Shown here piece after piece: positions 1 through 9,789 of a stretch of DNA of 64,000 nt. A program made the position numbers and the translations under genes. Below the pieces are notes generated by a model. That model had not been told where the DNA came from. It saw nothing but the letters and a program-made list of their open reading frames with translations, and made no database searches. Origin of the DNA: an uncultured Planctomycetales bacterium (GTDB lineage Bacteria; Omnitrophota; Gorgyraeia; Zapsychrales; JAHFFX01); NCBI GenBank assembly GCA_964464475.1, contig CAYXGG010000004.1, forward strand, positions 4,940 through 68,939, read 5' to 3'. Numbering within the stretch: position 1 is the first letter of the stretch; every line of letters begins with the position of its first letter.

Positions 1-3000
1 TTTTCACACTTGAAGCAGCCTTGTTCATCAAAAAATTGCAAATCAGCACACGACTGAATTTTTTCTTCGCAACGGAAACAGGGTACCCCTTGTTTGGTCT
101 TATCCGCGGGGACGCACGCGTGATCCGTTTGTTGCTGACACGCCGCGCACTCGCTCTCCGACAATAGTTTTAATTCAGCACATTGTTGTGGTTTCTCTTG
201 GCAACGGAAACAAGGCAACCCTTCCTTGGTCTTTTGAGCGGCAATACATTCCTGTCGCTGATCTTGCACACACGTGGTACAATCCGCTTCGCCAAGCAAC
301 GCAAGATCGGCGCACGTTTCGGGCTTATCAACACAGCTAAAACACGGTAACCCTTCTTTGGTGGCAGCCGCAGATTTACATTCCTTACGCGGATTTTGCG
401 CGCAGGCCTGACATTGGGCCTCAGTCAGAGAACCTAATTCCTCGCAAGTCTGCGGCCGATCTAAGCAGACATAACATTGCTCTCCCTGATTTGTTTGCTG
501 AGCGGTTTTGCATTCCTTTTTAGGATTGCGCGCGCACGCATTACATTGCATTTTATTTAACAACTCCAAATCGGCGCACGTCTCAGGTTTATCAGCGCAC
601 GTAAAGCAAGCCTCTCCCTGTTTGGTTTTCTGAGCCGGTTGGCAAATTTTCTTAGAGTTCTGCGAACATTCTGCGCACTGCGCTTGACTAATTAAATTCA
701 GATCAAGGCAGGTCTGCGGTCGGTCATCGCAGCGGAAACACTCCAATCCTTCTTTAGTTTTTTGCGCCGAGACGCATTGTTTGCGCGAGTCGGCTTGGCA
801 TTCCAAACATTCTTCATTATTCAGCAAACTCAAATCCTGACAAGTTTGCGGTCGATCAACGCAGCTAAAGCACTGTTCACCGGACTGACTTTTCTGACCG
901 GCCACGCACTGTTTAGTTTTATCTTTAGTACAAATAACGCATTCTTCGGCATTGATCAATTTCAAATCGTGGCATTGCTGCGGCTTTTCTTGGCAACGGA
1001 AACAAGGCAGTCCTTCTTTGGTCTTCTCGGCGGGAACGCATTGTTGACGAGGATCCTGAGCGCAGGTCGCGCAATCAACTTCACTTAACAAACTCAAATC
1101 CGCGCAAGTCTGCGGCTTATCAACACAAGCAAAACACGCTAAGCCTTCTTTCGTTGTCGGCCCCGGCTGACAAATCTTGCCCTTCTCGCTTTGGCACTGA
1201 GCGCAAGCTGCTTCATCAATAGCCCCCACATCCGCGCAGGTTTGCGGTTTAGGAGTACAGGTAAAACACGGTAAGCCTTCTTTAGTAGCTTGTGCAGGAC
1301 GACATTCATTTTTTGCATCTTGCAAACAAGCCGCGCAATCCGCTTCGGTCAACAATTTCAAATCAGCGCATTGTTGTGGTTTATCAACGCACGCCCAGCA
1401 CGCCATCCCTTCCCGCGTCACTTCTCCCGGCTTACATTCTTTACGTGGATCCTTAGCGCAGCGACGGCAATCACTCTCCGACAAATAGCCAATATCTCCG
1501 CAAGTTTGTGGTTTGTCCTGGCAACGGAAGCACTGTTGCCCTTGATTAGTTTTGTTACCTTCTACGCATTCTTTTTTAGGGTTTTTCGCGCAGCCTAAGC
1601 ATTCCTCCGCGGTCATCTGCTCAAAATCAATACAGGCTTGCGGCTTTTCCTGGCAACGGAAACAAGGCAGTCCTTCTTTGGTCTTCTCGGCGGGAACGCA
1701 TTGTTGACGAGGATCCTGAGCGCAGGTCGCGCAATCAACTTCACTTAACAAACTCAAATCCGCGCAAGTCTGCGGCTTATCAACACAAGCAAAACACTGA
1801 ACCCCTTCCTTCGTTTTTTCTCCAGGACGACATTCCTTCTTGGCATCTTCAGCGCATCGATCGCAATTAGGCTGATCAATCAATCCTAAATCCAGACAAG
1901 TCTGCGGGCGGTCAACACAAGAATAGCATTGTTCACCTTCTTTAGTTTTCTTAGCCGCTAAACACTCTTTTAATGGTGACGTGGCTAAACAAGCGCGGCA
2001 ATCGTCCGCGGTCAACAAATTAAAATCTGGACACTTCTGCGGCTTGTCTTGACAGCGATAACAAGGAAGTCCTTCTTTAGTTTTCTGATCGGCAACGCAT
2101 TCTTTAGTTGGATCCTGAGCGCACACAGCGCAATCGGACTCGGCCAACAATTTAATATCCGAGCACATCTGCGGTTTATCAACACAAGCGAAACACAACT
2201 GCCCCTCTTCGGTCTTCCCAGCGGCTTTACATTCCTTTTTAGGATCCTGCAAACATTTCCGGCAATCTTCTTGGCCAATCAAGTTTAACTCTGAGCACTG
2301 CTGAGGCTTTTGTTCACACTTAAAACAATTTTCCCCTTCTTTAGTTTGGGCACCAGGAACGCATTGTTTTTTAGGATCTTTTGCGCAAGCCCCACATTCG
2401 GGCTGGGACAGTAGCTGTAAATCAGCGCAGGTTTGCGGCCGATCTTGACAGACAAAACATTGTTCGCCCTGTTTATTTTTTTCTTTAGCGACGCATTCTT
2501 TTTTAGGATCTTGCGCGCAGGCTGTACAATCTTTTTCGGCCAACAATTTAATGTCCGCGCAAGTTTGCGGTTTTTCAACACAGTTAAAACACGCTTCTCC
2601 CTGTTTCGTCGTCTGTGCGGCCACACACTCTCGACCGGGAGTCTGACGGCAGGAATCGCAATCCGCCTGAGAAAGCAACTTAAGATCCGCACATGTCTCG
2701 GGCTTATCAACACACTGAAAACAAGGCTGGCCTTGTTTAGTCGCTTGTGCCGGCTGACACAATTTTCGTGGATCAGCTAAACACGACGAACAATCTTGCT
2801 CGGTTAATAATTTTAGATCCGCGCACTGCTGAGGCTTTTCAAGGCAAGCAAAACACGGCTGTCCTTCTCGAGTTTTCTGAGCAGGCTGGCAGGCAAACGC
2901 CGGATTAACTGCGCATTGAACGCATTCTGATTCCGCCAACAACTTCAAGTCAGAACAAGTCTGCGGTTTATCCGCACAAATAAAACAGGAAATACCCTCT

Positions 3001-4740
3001 TTGGTTTTCTCACCAGCCTTACACTCCTTATTGGGCTCGCGCGTCATACAGCGACGACAATCACCTTCCGAAAGTTGGCCAAGATCACCACAGGACTGCG
3101 GCTTATCCTGGCATCGATAGCAAGGATTGCCTTGCTTCGTTTTCTCAGCAGGAACACATTCTTTCTTAGGATCTTGGGCGCAAGCGAGGCAATCATCCGC
3201 CGTCATTAATTGCAAGTCCGCGCACTGCTGCGGTTTTTCTTCGCAGGTAAAACAATTTTGTCCCTGTTTGGTTTTGGGTCCCGGGACACATTGCTTGGTC
3301 GGATCCTGGGCACACACAGAGCATCCGGCTTCATCCAAAGCCTTCAAATCAGCACAGGTTTGGGGTTTTTCTTCGCAAACAAAACACGCTTCTCCCTGTT
3401 TGGTTTTCTGTCCAGGAACGCATTGTTTGGTCCCATCCTGAAGACAGGCCGCGCAATCTGCCTCAGTCAATTGCTGCAAATCAACACAAGTTTGAGGCTT
3501 TTCAACGCATTGGAAACAAGGCTGACCTTGCTTAGTCGCTGGAGCGGGACGACACTCTTTACCCGGTTGGGCTGCGCACGGCTTACAATCTGCTTCTGAT
3601 AATAGCTGAAGATCTGCACACGTTTCCGGCTTTTCCTGGCAACGATAGCAGGCCTTACCATCTTTGGTTTTGCTATCGGCCAAACATTCTTTTTTGGGAT
3701 CCTGAGCACAGGTAACACATCCCGCTTCATCCAATAAATTCAGGTCAGAACATTCCTCAGGTTTAGCAACACAGGCAAAGCATTGCTCACCTTTTTGGGT
3801 TTTCTGAGTTGGCGTGCAAACTTGTTTAGAATCGCGCGCGCACGCCGCACAATCAGCTTCGGTCAGTAAACCCAATTCCTTACAATTTAGCGATTTTGGT
3901 GAACACTGGTAGCACGATTGAGGTTCCCGCCCGTCAGTAAAATTAATCGTGTTGGTTGGGAGACATTCTCGAGAAGGATCCTGGCATTGTTCTTGGCATG
4001 ACGCCAACGCCATGGTCCCTGGATAACGCTGCGAACAACCGAAATCACCTTTAGCTTCGCACCGAAAACATTGTTCGCCCCAATTCGTCACTTGAGCGGG
4101 AACGCATTCTTGAGCGCTATCCTGCCAACAAGTATCACATTGATCTAACGACAGCAACCCTAAACTGGGACAGTCTTGAGGTTTTTCAAGGCAGGCATAA
4201 CAAAGCAATTTTGATTGACCATCGCTAGCAGGACCGACGGCGTCAATAACACAAGTCTTTTGGGGATCCTGACAATTTTGTTGGCAAGTTTCTTGAGAAA
4301 ACAGTCCTGGCTGGACTTTGGCGCACTCCTGGTCAATCTTTGACTGGCAGGTATAGCAAGATTCGCCCAGATTAGTCTGGCCGGCAAACTCGCAAATATC
4401 GCCTTTTTGCCCGCAAACATGACACGCTTCAGTATCAATCCAGCCCAAATCCGGACACGTCTGGGGCTTACCTAAGCATTGATAACAAACAACTTCGCGA
4501 TTAACACCCTCTGGTCGGAAAAAATCCGTGGCTTGACATTGGCGGCCTTCTCCGCGGCACTCAATCTCGCAAAGCTCCTTAGGCATGGTTCCGGGAAAAC
4601 GTTTGGAGCATTCAGATTCCACATTTTTCTTACAATCATAGCAAGCACCGTCCTGCCCCATGCCAGCAAAAACGCAATTCAACTGGCATTGAGTTTCACA
4701 TTCAACCACCGTCATGTGGCCTAAATCACGACAAGTAGCA
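1..4740 (-). repeat. Coding tandem repeat, ~132 nt / 44 aa unit, ~36 copies, pattern C-x10-C-x2-C-x7-C-x11-C-x2-C
   Basis: Recurrent codons for K/RPQTCADL, CAQDPxxxC and GxxCFxC at a 132-nt period. The N-terminal copies are more divergent. Copy number is estimated from length divided by period. Confidence 0.9.
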
Positions 4741-4850
4741 GCCCACAATAAGGTTGGCAAAAACAAAAAAGTAAGGAAAACGGCTACGGCAGGAATGAAC
4801 CGCGAAAGATTTTGCTGCAAATGCCTATAGTTTGATACCTGAGAAAGCAT
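1..4850 (-). CDS. Giant secreted cysteine-rich tandem-repeat protein (partial, >1616 aa, C-terminus beyond window start)
   Basis: Manual translation from ATG 4850 gives MLSQVSNYRHLQQNLSRFIPAVAVFLTFLFLPTLLWA-ATCRDLG..., a signal-peptide-like N-terminus. The same frame reads PQTCADIKLLAEKDCTACAQDPKKECVAKEKNKQGEQCFVCQDR near 2570-2439 and IQSCADLQFFDEQGCFKCE at 59-3. The ORF track lists no ORF in this frame, which is consistent with no stop before the window edge. Confidence 0.9.
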   Translation of the reverse strand, partial: MLSQVSNYRHLQQNLSRFIPAVAVFLTFLFLPTLLWAATCRDLGHMTVVECETQCQLNCVFAGMGQDGACYDCKKNVESECSKRFPGTMPKELCEIECRGEGRQCQATDFFRPEGVNREVVCYQCLGKPQTCPDLGWIDTEACHVCGQKGDICEFAGQTNLGESCYTCQSKIDQECAKVQPGLFSQETCQQNCQDPQKTCVIDAVGPASDGQSKLLCYACLEKPQDCPSLGLLSLDQCDTCWQDSAQECVPAQVTNWGEQCFRCEAKGDFGCSQRYPGTMALASCQEQCQDPSRECLPTNTINFTDGREPQSCYQCSPKSLNCKELGLLTEADCAACARDSKQVCTPTQKTQKGEQCFACVAKPEECSDLNLLDEAGCVTCAQDPKKECLADSKTKDGKACYRCQEKPETCADLQLLSEADCKPCAAQPGKECRPAPATKQGQPCFQCVEKPQTCVDLQQLTEADCAACLQDGTKQCVPGQKTKQGEACFVCEEKPQTCADLKALDEAGCSVCAQDPTKQCVPGPKTKQGQNCFTCEEKPQQCADLQLMTADDCLACAQDPKKECVPAEKTKQGNPCYRCQDKPQSCGDLGQLSEGDCRRCMTREPNKECKAGEKTKEGISCFICADKPQTCSDLKLLAESECVQCAVNPAFACQPAQKTREGQPCFACLEKPQQCADLKLLTEQDCSSCLADPRKLCQPAQATKQGQPCFQCVDKPETCADLKLLSQADCDSCRQTPGRECVAAQTTKQGEACFNCVEKPQTCADIKLLAEKDCTACAQDPKKECVAKEKNKQGEQCFVCQDRPQTCADLQLLSQPECGACAKDPKKQCVPGAQTKEGENCFKCEQKPQQCSELNLIGQEDCRKCLQDPKKECKAAGKTEEGQLCFACVDKPQMCSDIKLLAESDCAVCAQDPTKECVADQKTKEGLPCYRCQDKPQKCPDFNLLTADDCRACLATSPLKECLAAKKTKEGEQCYSCVDRPQTCLDLGLIDQPNCDRCAEDAKKECRPGEKTKEGVQCFACVDKPQTCADLSLLSEVDCATCAQDPRQQCVPAEKTKEGLPCFRCQEKPQACIDFEQMTAEECLGCAKNPKKECVEGNKTNQGQQCFRCQDKPQTCGDIGYLSESDCRRCAKDPRKECKPGEVTREGMACWACVDKPQQCADLKLLTEADCAACLQDAKNECRPAQATKEGLPCFTCTPKPQTCADVGAIDEAACAQCQSEKGKICQPGPTTKEGLACFACVDKPQTCADLSLLSEVDCATCAQDPRQQCVPAEKTKEGLPCFRCQEKPQQCHDLKLINAEECVICTKDKTKQCVAGQKSQSGEQCFSCVDRPQTCQDLSLLNNEECLECQADSRKQCVSAQKTKEGLECFRCDDRPQTCLDLNLISQAQCAECSQNSKKICQPAQKTKQGEACFTCADKPETCADLELLNKMQCNACARNPKKECKTAQQTNQGEQCYVCLDRPQTCEELGSLTEAQCQACAQNPRKECKSAAATKEGLPCFSCVDKPETCADLALLGEADCTTCVQDQRQECIAAQKTKEGLPCFRCQEKPQQCAELKLLSESECAACQQQTDHACVPADKTKQGVPCFRCEEKIQSCADLQFFDEQGCFKCE
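991..1797. repeat. Exact 147-nt direct repeat (991-1137 = 1651-1797) inside the repeat array
   Basis: Base-by-base identity from tggcaacggaaacaaggcag to caagcaaaacac. The offset of 660 nt equals 5 x 132. Confidence 0.95.
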
Positions 4851-4921
4851 GTACGGTGATTTCTCCAAAACTGCGATTATTGACCTTTTCTATTCCAAAT
4901 ACTTAAAAGGAAGTCAATACT

Positions 4922-4946
4922 GCCTTTTCTCTAAAGGAGAAAAGGC
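4922..4946 (-). terminator. Hairpin downstream of MORN gene (possible terminator)
   Basis: gccttttctc-taaag-gagaaaaggc forms a 10-bp stem just after the stop at 4954. The U-tract is weak. Confidence 0.45.
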
Positions 4947-4953
4947 GTGTAAC

Positions 4954-5352
4954 TTACGGCTGTATCAGTTTACGACTAAGCAACACATTATCTTCATACA
5001 TTTCTTCAGCCAGCTGCTGCCCCTGGTTGTTATAACGCTTAAACAGGCCATGCATTTTATCTGCCCGATAAGTACCTTCCACTTTTAATTGCCCGTTTTC
5101 ATAAAAAATACGATATAACCCCTCCCGCAAACCCAAACGATAAGCAATTTCGGACTTAAGTTGCCCATTATCGTAATAAAGCTTCAATGTTCCCTGGTGT
5201 TTACGATCCTTAAGCGGTTTTATATTCAAAGTTTCCTGCTTAGGCTTGCTGGCTTGCAGTCCAAATAAATTAAAATTCTTGAAACCGTTGGTAATAAAGA
5301 AGATGGCGATAGTAAGACAAAGTGAAATGACGATGAAATAAATTTTTTTCAT
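4954..5352 (-). CDS. MORN-variant repeat protein (YwqK-like), N-terminal membrane anchor
   Basis: Repeats YYDNGQLKSE, FYENGQLKVEG and YNNQGQQLAE, with a hydrophobic N-terminus. Confidence 0.8.
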   Translation of the reverse strand: MKKIYFIVISLCLTIAIFFITNGFKNFNLFGLQASKPKQETLNIKPLKDRKHQGTLKLYYDNGQLKSEIAYRLGLREGLYRIFYENGQLKVEGTYRADKMHGLFKRYNNQGQQLAEEMYEDNVLLSRKLIQP

Positions 5353-5475
5353 AGGTCAGCTAAGCACCTCAAGTCACGCGTTCCACAATTTTTGCTGAAG
5401 CCTAACTCCTTTGGCCTGTTTATTTTAATACAATAATTTCAAAAAGCTAACATCTTATTTTCTTTTTCAACAGGA

Positions 5476-5514
5476 GGGGCCGGCTCTGCGAACGTTGTTC
5501 GCAGAGCCGGCCCC
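5476..5514. terminator. 18-bp perfect GC-rich hairpin (terminator or palindromic element)
   Basis: ggggccggctctgcgaac-gtt-gttcgcagagccggcccc, about 40 nt after the stop at 5555. No clear U-tract. Confidence 0.55.
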
Positions 5515-5554
5515 CACTTAAATGTAGCACATCCCGTGATAAAATGGCTAGGGA

Positions 5555-6082
5555 TTATTTTACTCGAGCAAACTTAAAAACGCTGGTCTGACCAAGCTTC
5601 CCGTTTTCATAGTCTGTCCAGGACTGTTCAATATTGTCTTGATCAATAAAGGTCAGCTTCAAATGATGCATATGCTTATCTTGAGCAAGATTAATATCTG
5701 CCGAAGCTCCGGCCTCTAATTCTAGCTCTTTACTATTTGCCGTTTTTAGCTTCAAATGCGGACGATTTCCTAAAGCGCAATAATGTGTCATGGCCAATCG
5801 ACCCCCCTCATCAAAATAAACCGATACCATTTCATGAGGTGTTCCTGGAAAAAGTCGTTCCACCACCGCGCTATTATTTGAAATCACCTGATATTCCACT
5901 CTTAGTTGCTGGGCCTGACCATTCATATCAGCAACCCCTTCCCAAGCACCTGCCAATTGCTTAACACGTTCCAATTCGGCCGAACCCGAATAAGCAGCAG
6001 GAAGCATGCTTTCTTCCGCAGTGACGCGCCCGCCCAAAAACATCACCCCCAACAACCCTAAAAATAATACGCGCTTCTTCAT
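5555..6082 (-). CDS. Conserved hypothetical exported protein (beta-rich, THYCALGNRP motif)
   Basis: Signal peptide MKKRVLFLGLLGVMFLGGRVTA, SD aggagg upstream, overlaps the stop of the upstream gene. Confidence 0.75.
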   Translation of the reverse strand: MKKRVLFLGLLGVMFLGGRVTAEESMLPAAYSGSAELERVKQLAGAWEGVADMNGQAQQLRVEYQVISNNSAVVERLFPGTPHEMVSVYFDEGGRLAMTHYCALGNRPHLKLKTANSKELELEAGASADINLAQDKHMHHLKLTFIDQDNIEQSWTDYENGKLGQTSVFKFARVK

Positions 6083-7473
6083 TTTTCCTCCTTGTGGTTT
6101 TGGTCAACAGGGCAGGTCCCCAGTTGACACAGATAAGCCGCCGCTTCATGATCACTGGGATCAAGTCGCACGACTTTACGAAAATTCTCAGCAGCTTCTG
6201 AATTTCGTCCCAGTCTTAAATTTTCTTGGCCCAATAAAAAATGAACCCTCGCACTTTGTCCGGCAAATCGCGCGGTGTATTCAAATAAACTTAACGCGTT
6301 GTGCCAATAATTATTGTGAACCACCGTCCCATAACTCAAAAAAAGCAAGTACCCGACTAAGCTTAGATTACGAACTTGGCTTTCCCAACGAAAATTCTTT
6401 AAACCCTCGGTGACCAAACAACACGTCGCCAGCCATATACCCCAGGATGGGAAATACAACCAACCTTCCGCCATATACGCATTAATCGGAAAAATCGAAA
6501 CCGGTAGCAACGTCACCATAAACCACCCAATCCCCAAAGCTACCAGCGGCTTTCGCTGTCGCCACCAGAAAAACAATCCGAGCAAACCTAACCACAGCAT
6601 TAGCCCTAACCGAAAAGTTGTATTTCCCGTAGTAAACAGAAAATTCCCATACTCCATGTGCAACTGCTGAGGAAAAAACAACAACTTAAAATATTGAACT
6701 ACCGCGACAAAAAAACCAGGAATCTTTAAATACAATGGAACATCATACCTAAGTGGGAACAGCACATCGTAAACCACCGTCAGTCGCCATCCCAAATAAA
6801 ATACCGTCAAAGCGAGCAAACCAAGAAATAATTTAGGTTGCCAAGTTTTTGGCTGTGTCAGGTGATAGGCTCCCAACAACACAGGAAAAATAATCGCGTG
6901 CTCTTTAGCTAACAAAGCTAGAACATAACAACCCAAACAAACTAATGACCAACAAACCGTTGTCTGCGATTTGGTCTTAATGTACGCAATCCAAGAAACT
7001 AATAAGAAAAAAGCACATAGAATGTCTGCCCGGGCGGAAATATAAGCCACGACGGATGTATGAACGGGATGCGCCGCCCAGATTAAACTGGCACAAAGCG
7101 ATACCCCCTGCTTTCCCGTTAACGCCAGCAACAAAAAATATCCCGCTATGGCAACACACGCATGCCCCGCAACACTCACCCCATGAAAAATAACGGGATT
7201 AAGCCCTCCTAAACAATAATTAATGCAATAAGAAAGATTCTGGAGCGGACGGTAAAAATTAAAACTTTTTTGGCTTCCCGCAGCCAAATCAGTTAATAAA
7301 ATATTTTTCCACTGGCAGACTGGATGAATAAAAGAATTGTTCGTCACGAGGGCTCGATCATCCCAAACAAAATCCCCTCGTAGCGAATTAGCATACAGAA
7401 AAATAACCAGCACCAGGAGCAACAGGACACTGGTCGATCGAGAAAAAATACGTGCTGAGAAATCCATAGGCAA
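6079..7473 (-). CDS. Multi-pass membrane GT-C fold glycosyltransferase (TMTC-like) with C-terminal TPR
   Basis: FVWDD, FYRPL, HPVHT, LLAKE and AEGWLYFPS motifs, many TM segments and a terminal TPR. Confidence 0.75.
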   Translation of the reverse strand: MPMDFSARIFSRSTSVLLLLVLVIFLYANSLRGDFVWDDRALVTNNSFIHPVCQWKNILLTDLAAGSQKSFNFYRPLQNLSYCINYCLGGLNPVIFHGVSVAGHACVAIAGYFLLLALTGKQGVSLCASLIWAAHPVHTSVVAYISARADILCAFFLLVSWIAYIKTKSQTTVCWSLVCLGCYVLALLAKEHAIIFPVLLGAYHLTQPKTWQPKLFLGLLALTVFYLGWRLTVVYDVLFPLRYDVPLYLKIPGFFVAVVQYFKLLFFPQQLHMEYGNFLFTTGNTTFRLGLMLWLGLLGLFFWWRQRKPLVALGIGWFMVTLLPVSIFPINAYMAEGWLYFPSWGIWLATCCLVTEGLKNFRWESQVRNLSLVGYLLFLSYGTVVHNNYWHNALSLFEYTARFAGQSARVHFLLGQENLRLGRNSEAAENFRKVVRLDPSDHEAAAYLCQLGTCPVDQNHKEEK

Positions 7474-7575
7474 ATCTTAGCAGAAATTTAGTTATTACCT
7501 GGATAGAATTTATTGTTTATGGATACCTTAACCGGAGAGAAAAAACTTAAAAAGATTAACTCTTGAACAATGAAA

Positions 7576-7616
7576 CAAAAAGGCCCTCTGTTCGCCTATC
7601 GGCGAACAGAGGGCCT
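7576..7616 (-). terminator. Rho-independent terminator
   Basis: aggccctctgttcgcc-tatc-ggcgaacagagggcct forms a 16-bp stem. The A-run on the plus strand is a U-tract on the minus strand, just after the 7631 stop. Confidence 0.85.
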
Positions 7617-7630
7617 CATCACGACCAAAA

Positions 7631-7813
7631 CTACCCCTTAACTCTTCTTTTCTCCAGGGTGTAATAAAGAAAAAACCCTATCACTGGTAAAAAAATTATC
7701 AAGGCAATCCAGAACGCTTTTTTTTTCGGCTCGATTGTCGTCATTAGGCAATCGAAAATCGCCCACGCATATAACGTAACGACAATTAATCCAAAAAATC
7801 GTTCCATAACCAA
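7631..7813 (-). CDS. Small membrane protein, PLDc N-terminal-like domain
   Basis: WAIFDC...KKAFWIALIIFLPVIGFFLYY pattern. Confidence 0.7.
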   Translation of the reverse strand: MVMERFFGLIVVTLYAWAIFDCLMTTIEPKKKAFWIALIIFLPVIGFFLYYTLEKRRVKG

Positions 7814-7817
7814 AAGG

Positions 7818-8333
7818 TTACTTACCTAAAGCGTCGGTTAATTTGTTGGTGGCATTGCCCATAGTCTGGGACAGATCGCTACCACCAATTTCCTTAATTT
7901 TTTCCTGGGCCAATTTTTGGATAGCCGCGATGGCTTGTTCAAGAATGCTCTTGGCTTCCGCAGAATTAGGATCCTTCGCCAAAATTTGCTCAGCCGAGGT
8001 TTTGGCTTCTTCAAAATTGTTATTAGCTAAAGCTTCTTTGGCTTTGGCAATCCAAGCTTGAATCTCAGATTGATCGGCGGCCGGAGCTTGCGCTTGTTCA
8101 ACCTGCTGCTGAACCGCTTGAGTCACTTCTTTAACGCCTTCCGCGACCTGCTGGGTTGCGTCCTTGGTAGTTTCGGTTACCGTCTGTGCCGCTTGCTGTA
8201 TGTTCTGCTGCAAAGAAGCAGCTTGTTGTTCAATCGCTGGAGCCGCGCCTTGATTGCTGGATTGTTGTTGACCGCAACCAGCCACGAAACTCACCATCGC
8301 CAAAACTGATAAACTTAAAACATTCTTCTTCAT
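7818..8333 (-). CDS. Lipoprotein with Q/A-rich linker and TPR-like helix pair
   Basis: Lipobox VAGC, and AKEALANNNFEEAKTSAEQILAKDPNSAEAK is TPR-like. Confidence 0.75.
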   Translation of the reverse strand: MKKNVLSLSVLAMVSFVAGCGQQQSSNQGAAPAIEQQAASLQQNIQQAAQTVTETTKDATQQVAEGVKEVTQAVQQQVEQAQAPAADQSEIQAWIAKAKEALANNNFEEAKTSAEQILAKDPNSAEAKSILEQAIAAIQKLAQEKIKEIGGSDLSQTMGNATNKLTDALGK

Positions 8334-8365
8334 TTCTGATTCCTTTCTTTTGTTTTTTCTTTCCT

Positions 8366-8404
8366 AAAAAATTTCCCCCGCGGTTTTGTCCAACGGGGGA
8401 AATT
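8366..8404 (-). terminator. Terminator after mscL
   Basis: aatttcccccg...cgggggaaatt stem with an adjacent A-run (U-tract on minus). Confidence 0.65.
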
Positions 8405-8422
8405 GATTCTCTAAGATAAAAA

Positions 8423-8824
8423 TTATTTATGTTTCAACGCGTCCCTAATTTCCATTAACAACAACTGGTCCTTCGTGGGTGGCGGTGGAGCAGACGGTTT
8501 TTCTTCTTCTTTCTTTTTTAAAGAATTCATACCTTTAACCATCATAAAAATAGCGAAAGCGACAATCAAAAAATCAAAAGAAGTTTGCAAAAAATTACCA
8601 TAATTAAGCGTAACCGCCTCTTTACCCGCTTCAGCTTGTTTTAAGATCAACTTCAAATCTGTAAAATTAACGCCACCGGTTAACAACCCAATCGGTGGCA
8701 TGACCACATCCGCCACTAACGAAGAAACAATCTTACCGAAGGCGCCACCAATAATGACCCCCACGGCCAGATCCATGACGTTCCCTCTCATCGCAAAAGC
8801 CTTAAACTCATTGATCATGCTCAT
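8423..8824 (-). CDS. mscL: Large-conductance mechanosensitive channel
   Basis: [41 protein letters not shown] and a C-terminal LLMEIRDAL. Confidence 0.97.
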   Translation of the reverse strand: MSMINEFKAFAMRGNVMDLAVGVIIGGAFGKIVSSLVADVVMPPIGLLTGGVNFTDLKLILKQAEAGKEAVTLNYGNFLQTSFDFLIVAFAIFMMVKGMNSLKKKEEEKPSAPPPPTKDQLLLMEIRDALKHK

Positions 8825-8961
8825 GTACTTCCTCCTTTTAAGTTATTTGTCCCCCCCCTGAACGGGGAGTACTATATATGAGGGACCCCTGTTAAGCAAG
8901 AATATTTTATGAGATAAAAAACTAATCCACCGCAACTTATAGAATAAGCTAAGATATATTT

Positions 8962-9777
8962 GTGACCTTAGCCATCCTCCGACACCCACTCTCTGTGATG
9001 CACGGGCTACCAGGAAGCATTCTGGTGATCGCCCTGATAGTTTCTCAATTATGGGCCGATCCACTCCCTCCAGCCTCCCAAGAAAATTTCCGCACAGTGA
9101 TCACCAGCCTTCCAGATCAACAGCCGCGAGCAACCACAATACAACGAACCACTTTCCTTCCAGATCAACAACATTACGTGTTACAGGAATATGGGATGGG
9201 AAGCCTGGGAAAATTCAATCAGCTACGCTGGGACCTGGAATCAAAATTCAAAATCAACTCTGGTCATTACAGCGTTTTACGAACCAGCCGTGAGGGTCGT
9301 TCTGCGGAGAAAAGAATTCTTTTCTCGGAAAACATTTACTACGATTACGCAAATAAAAGAATCACCTTCACCCGGGTCAAAGGGGCAGATGGCATTCCGG
9401 AACAAACAATTTTTCCGCTAACCAACCCAACCACTGACTATGCGACCTTGTTTCATTTCATGCAAAACGAAATTAATTGGGAAAAACGAACGAATTGTTC
9501 CTTTTATCTAGTAACCAGTAAACCCAGCCTTGAAAAAATCAATGTTAAATTCCTCAGTCGGGAAAAAATCTCTACAGGGCAAGAGGCAATCAATGCTCTG
9601 AAAGTCCAGTTGATCTTTGATCAAGGAATTTTAGACAATCTCTTTGCCGGCTTTATTCCTAGCACGTTTATTTGGGTTGAGGACCAGCCTCCTTACCGCT
9701 GGATCAAATACGAAGGACCGGAATTGGGGGACAGCGCAACAATCATCCGCATTGAACGTCAAAAACTTATTCCCTAG
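8962..9777 (+). CDS. Hypothetical exported protein (DUF3108-like beta fold, tentative)
   Basis: 271-aa ORF with a hydrophobic N-terminal segment. The start is uncertain (possibly ATG 8998). Confidence 0.6.
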   Translation: MTLAILRHPLSVMHGLPGSILVIALIVSQLWADPLPPASQENFRTVITSLPDQQPRATTIQRTTFLPDQQHYVLQEYGMGSLGKFNQLRWDLESKFKINSGHYSVLRTSREGRSAEKRILFSENIYYDYANKRITFTRVKGADGIPEQTIFPLTNPTTDYATLFHFMQNEINWEKRTNCSFYLVTSKPSLEKINVKFLSREKISTGQEAINALKVQLIFDQGILDNLFAGFIPSTFIWVEDQPPYRWIKYEGPELGDSATIIRIERQKLIP

Positions 9778-9789
9778 AAAAATTATTCG

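Noticed and set aside
762-4724. Numerous short ORFs on both strands in the ORF track
   Set aside because: They are shadow frames of the long minus-strand Cys-repeat gene and are repetitive only because of it.
1-4740. Periodic sequence as a CRISPR array or multiheme cytochrome
   Set aside because: The period is 132 nt (44 codons) with protein-level conservation and no invariant repeat/unique spacer pattern. The sampled CxxC motifs lack the His needed for heme c.
4954-5352. Toxin-antitoxin immunity gene (YwqK)
   Set aside because: No adjacent toxin is visible, and MORN-variant repeats are generic.
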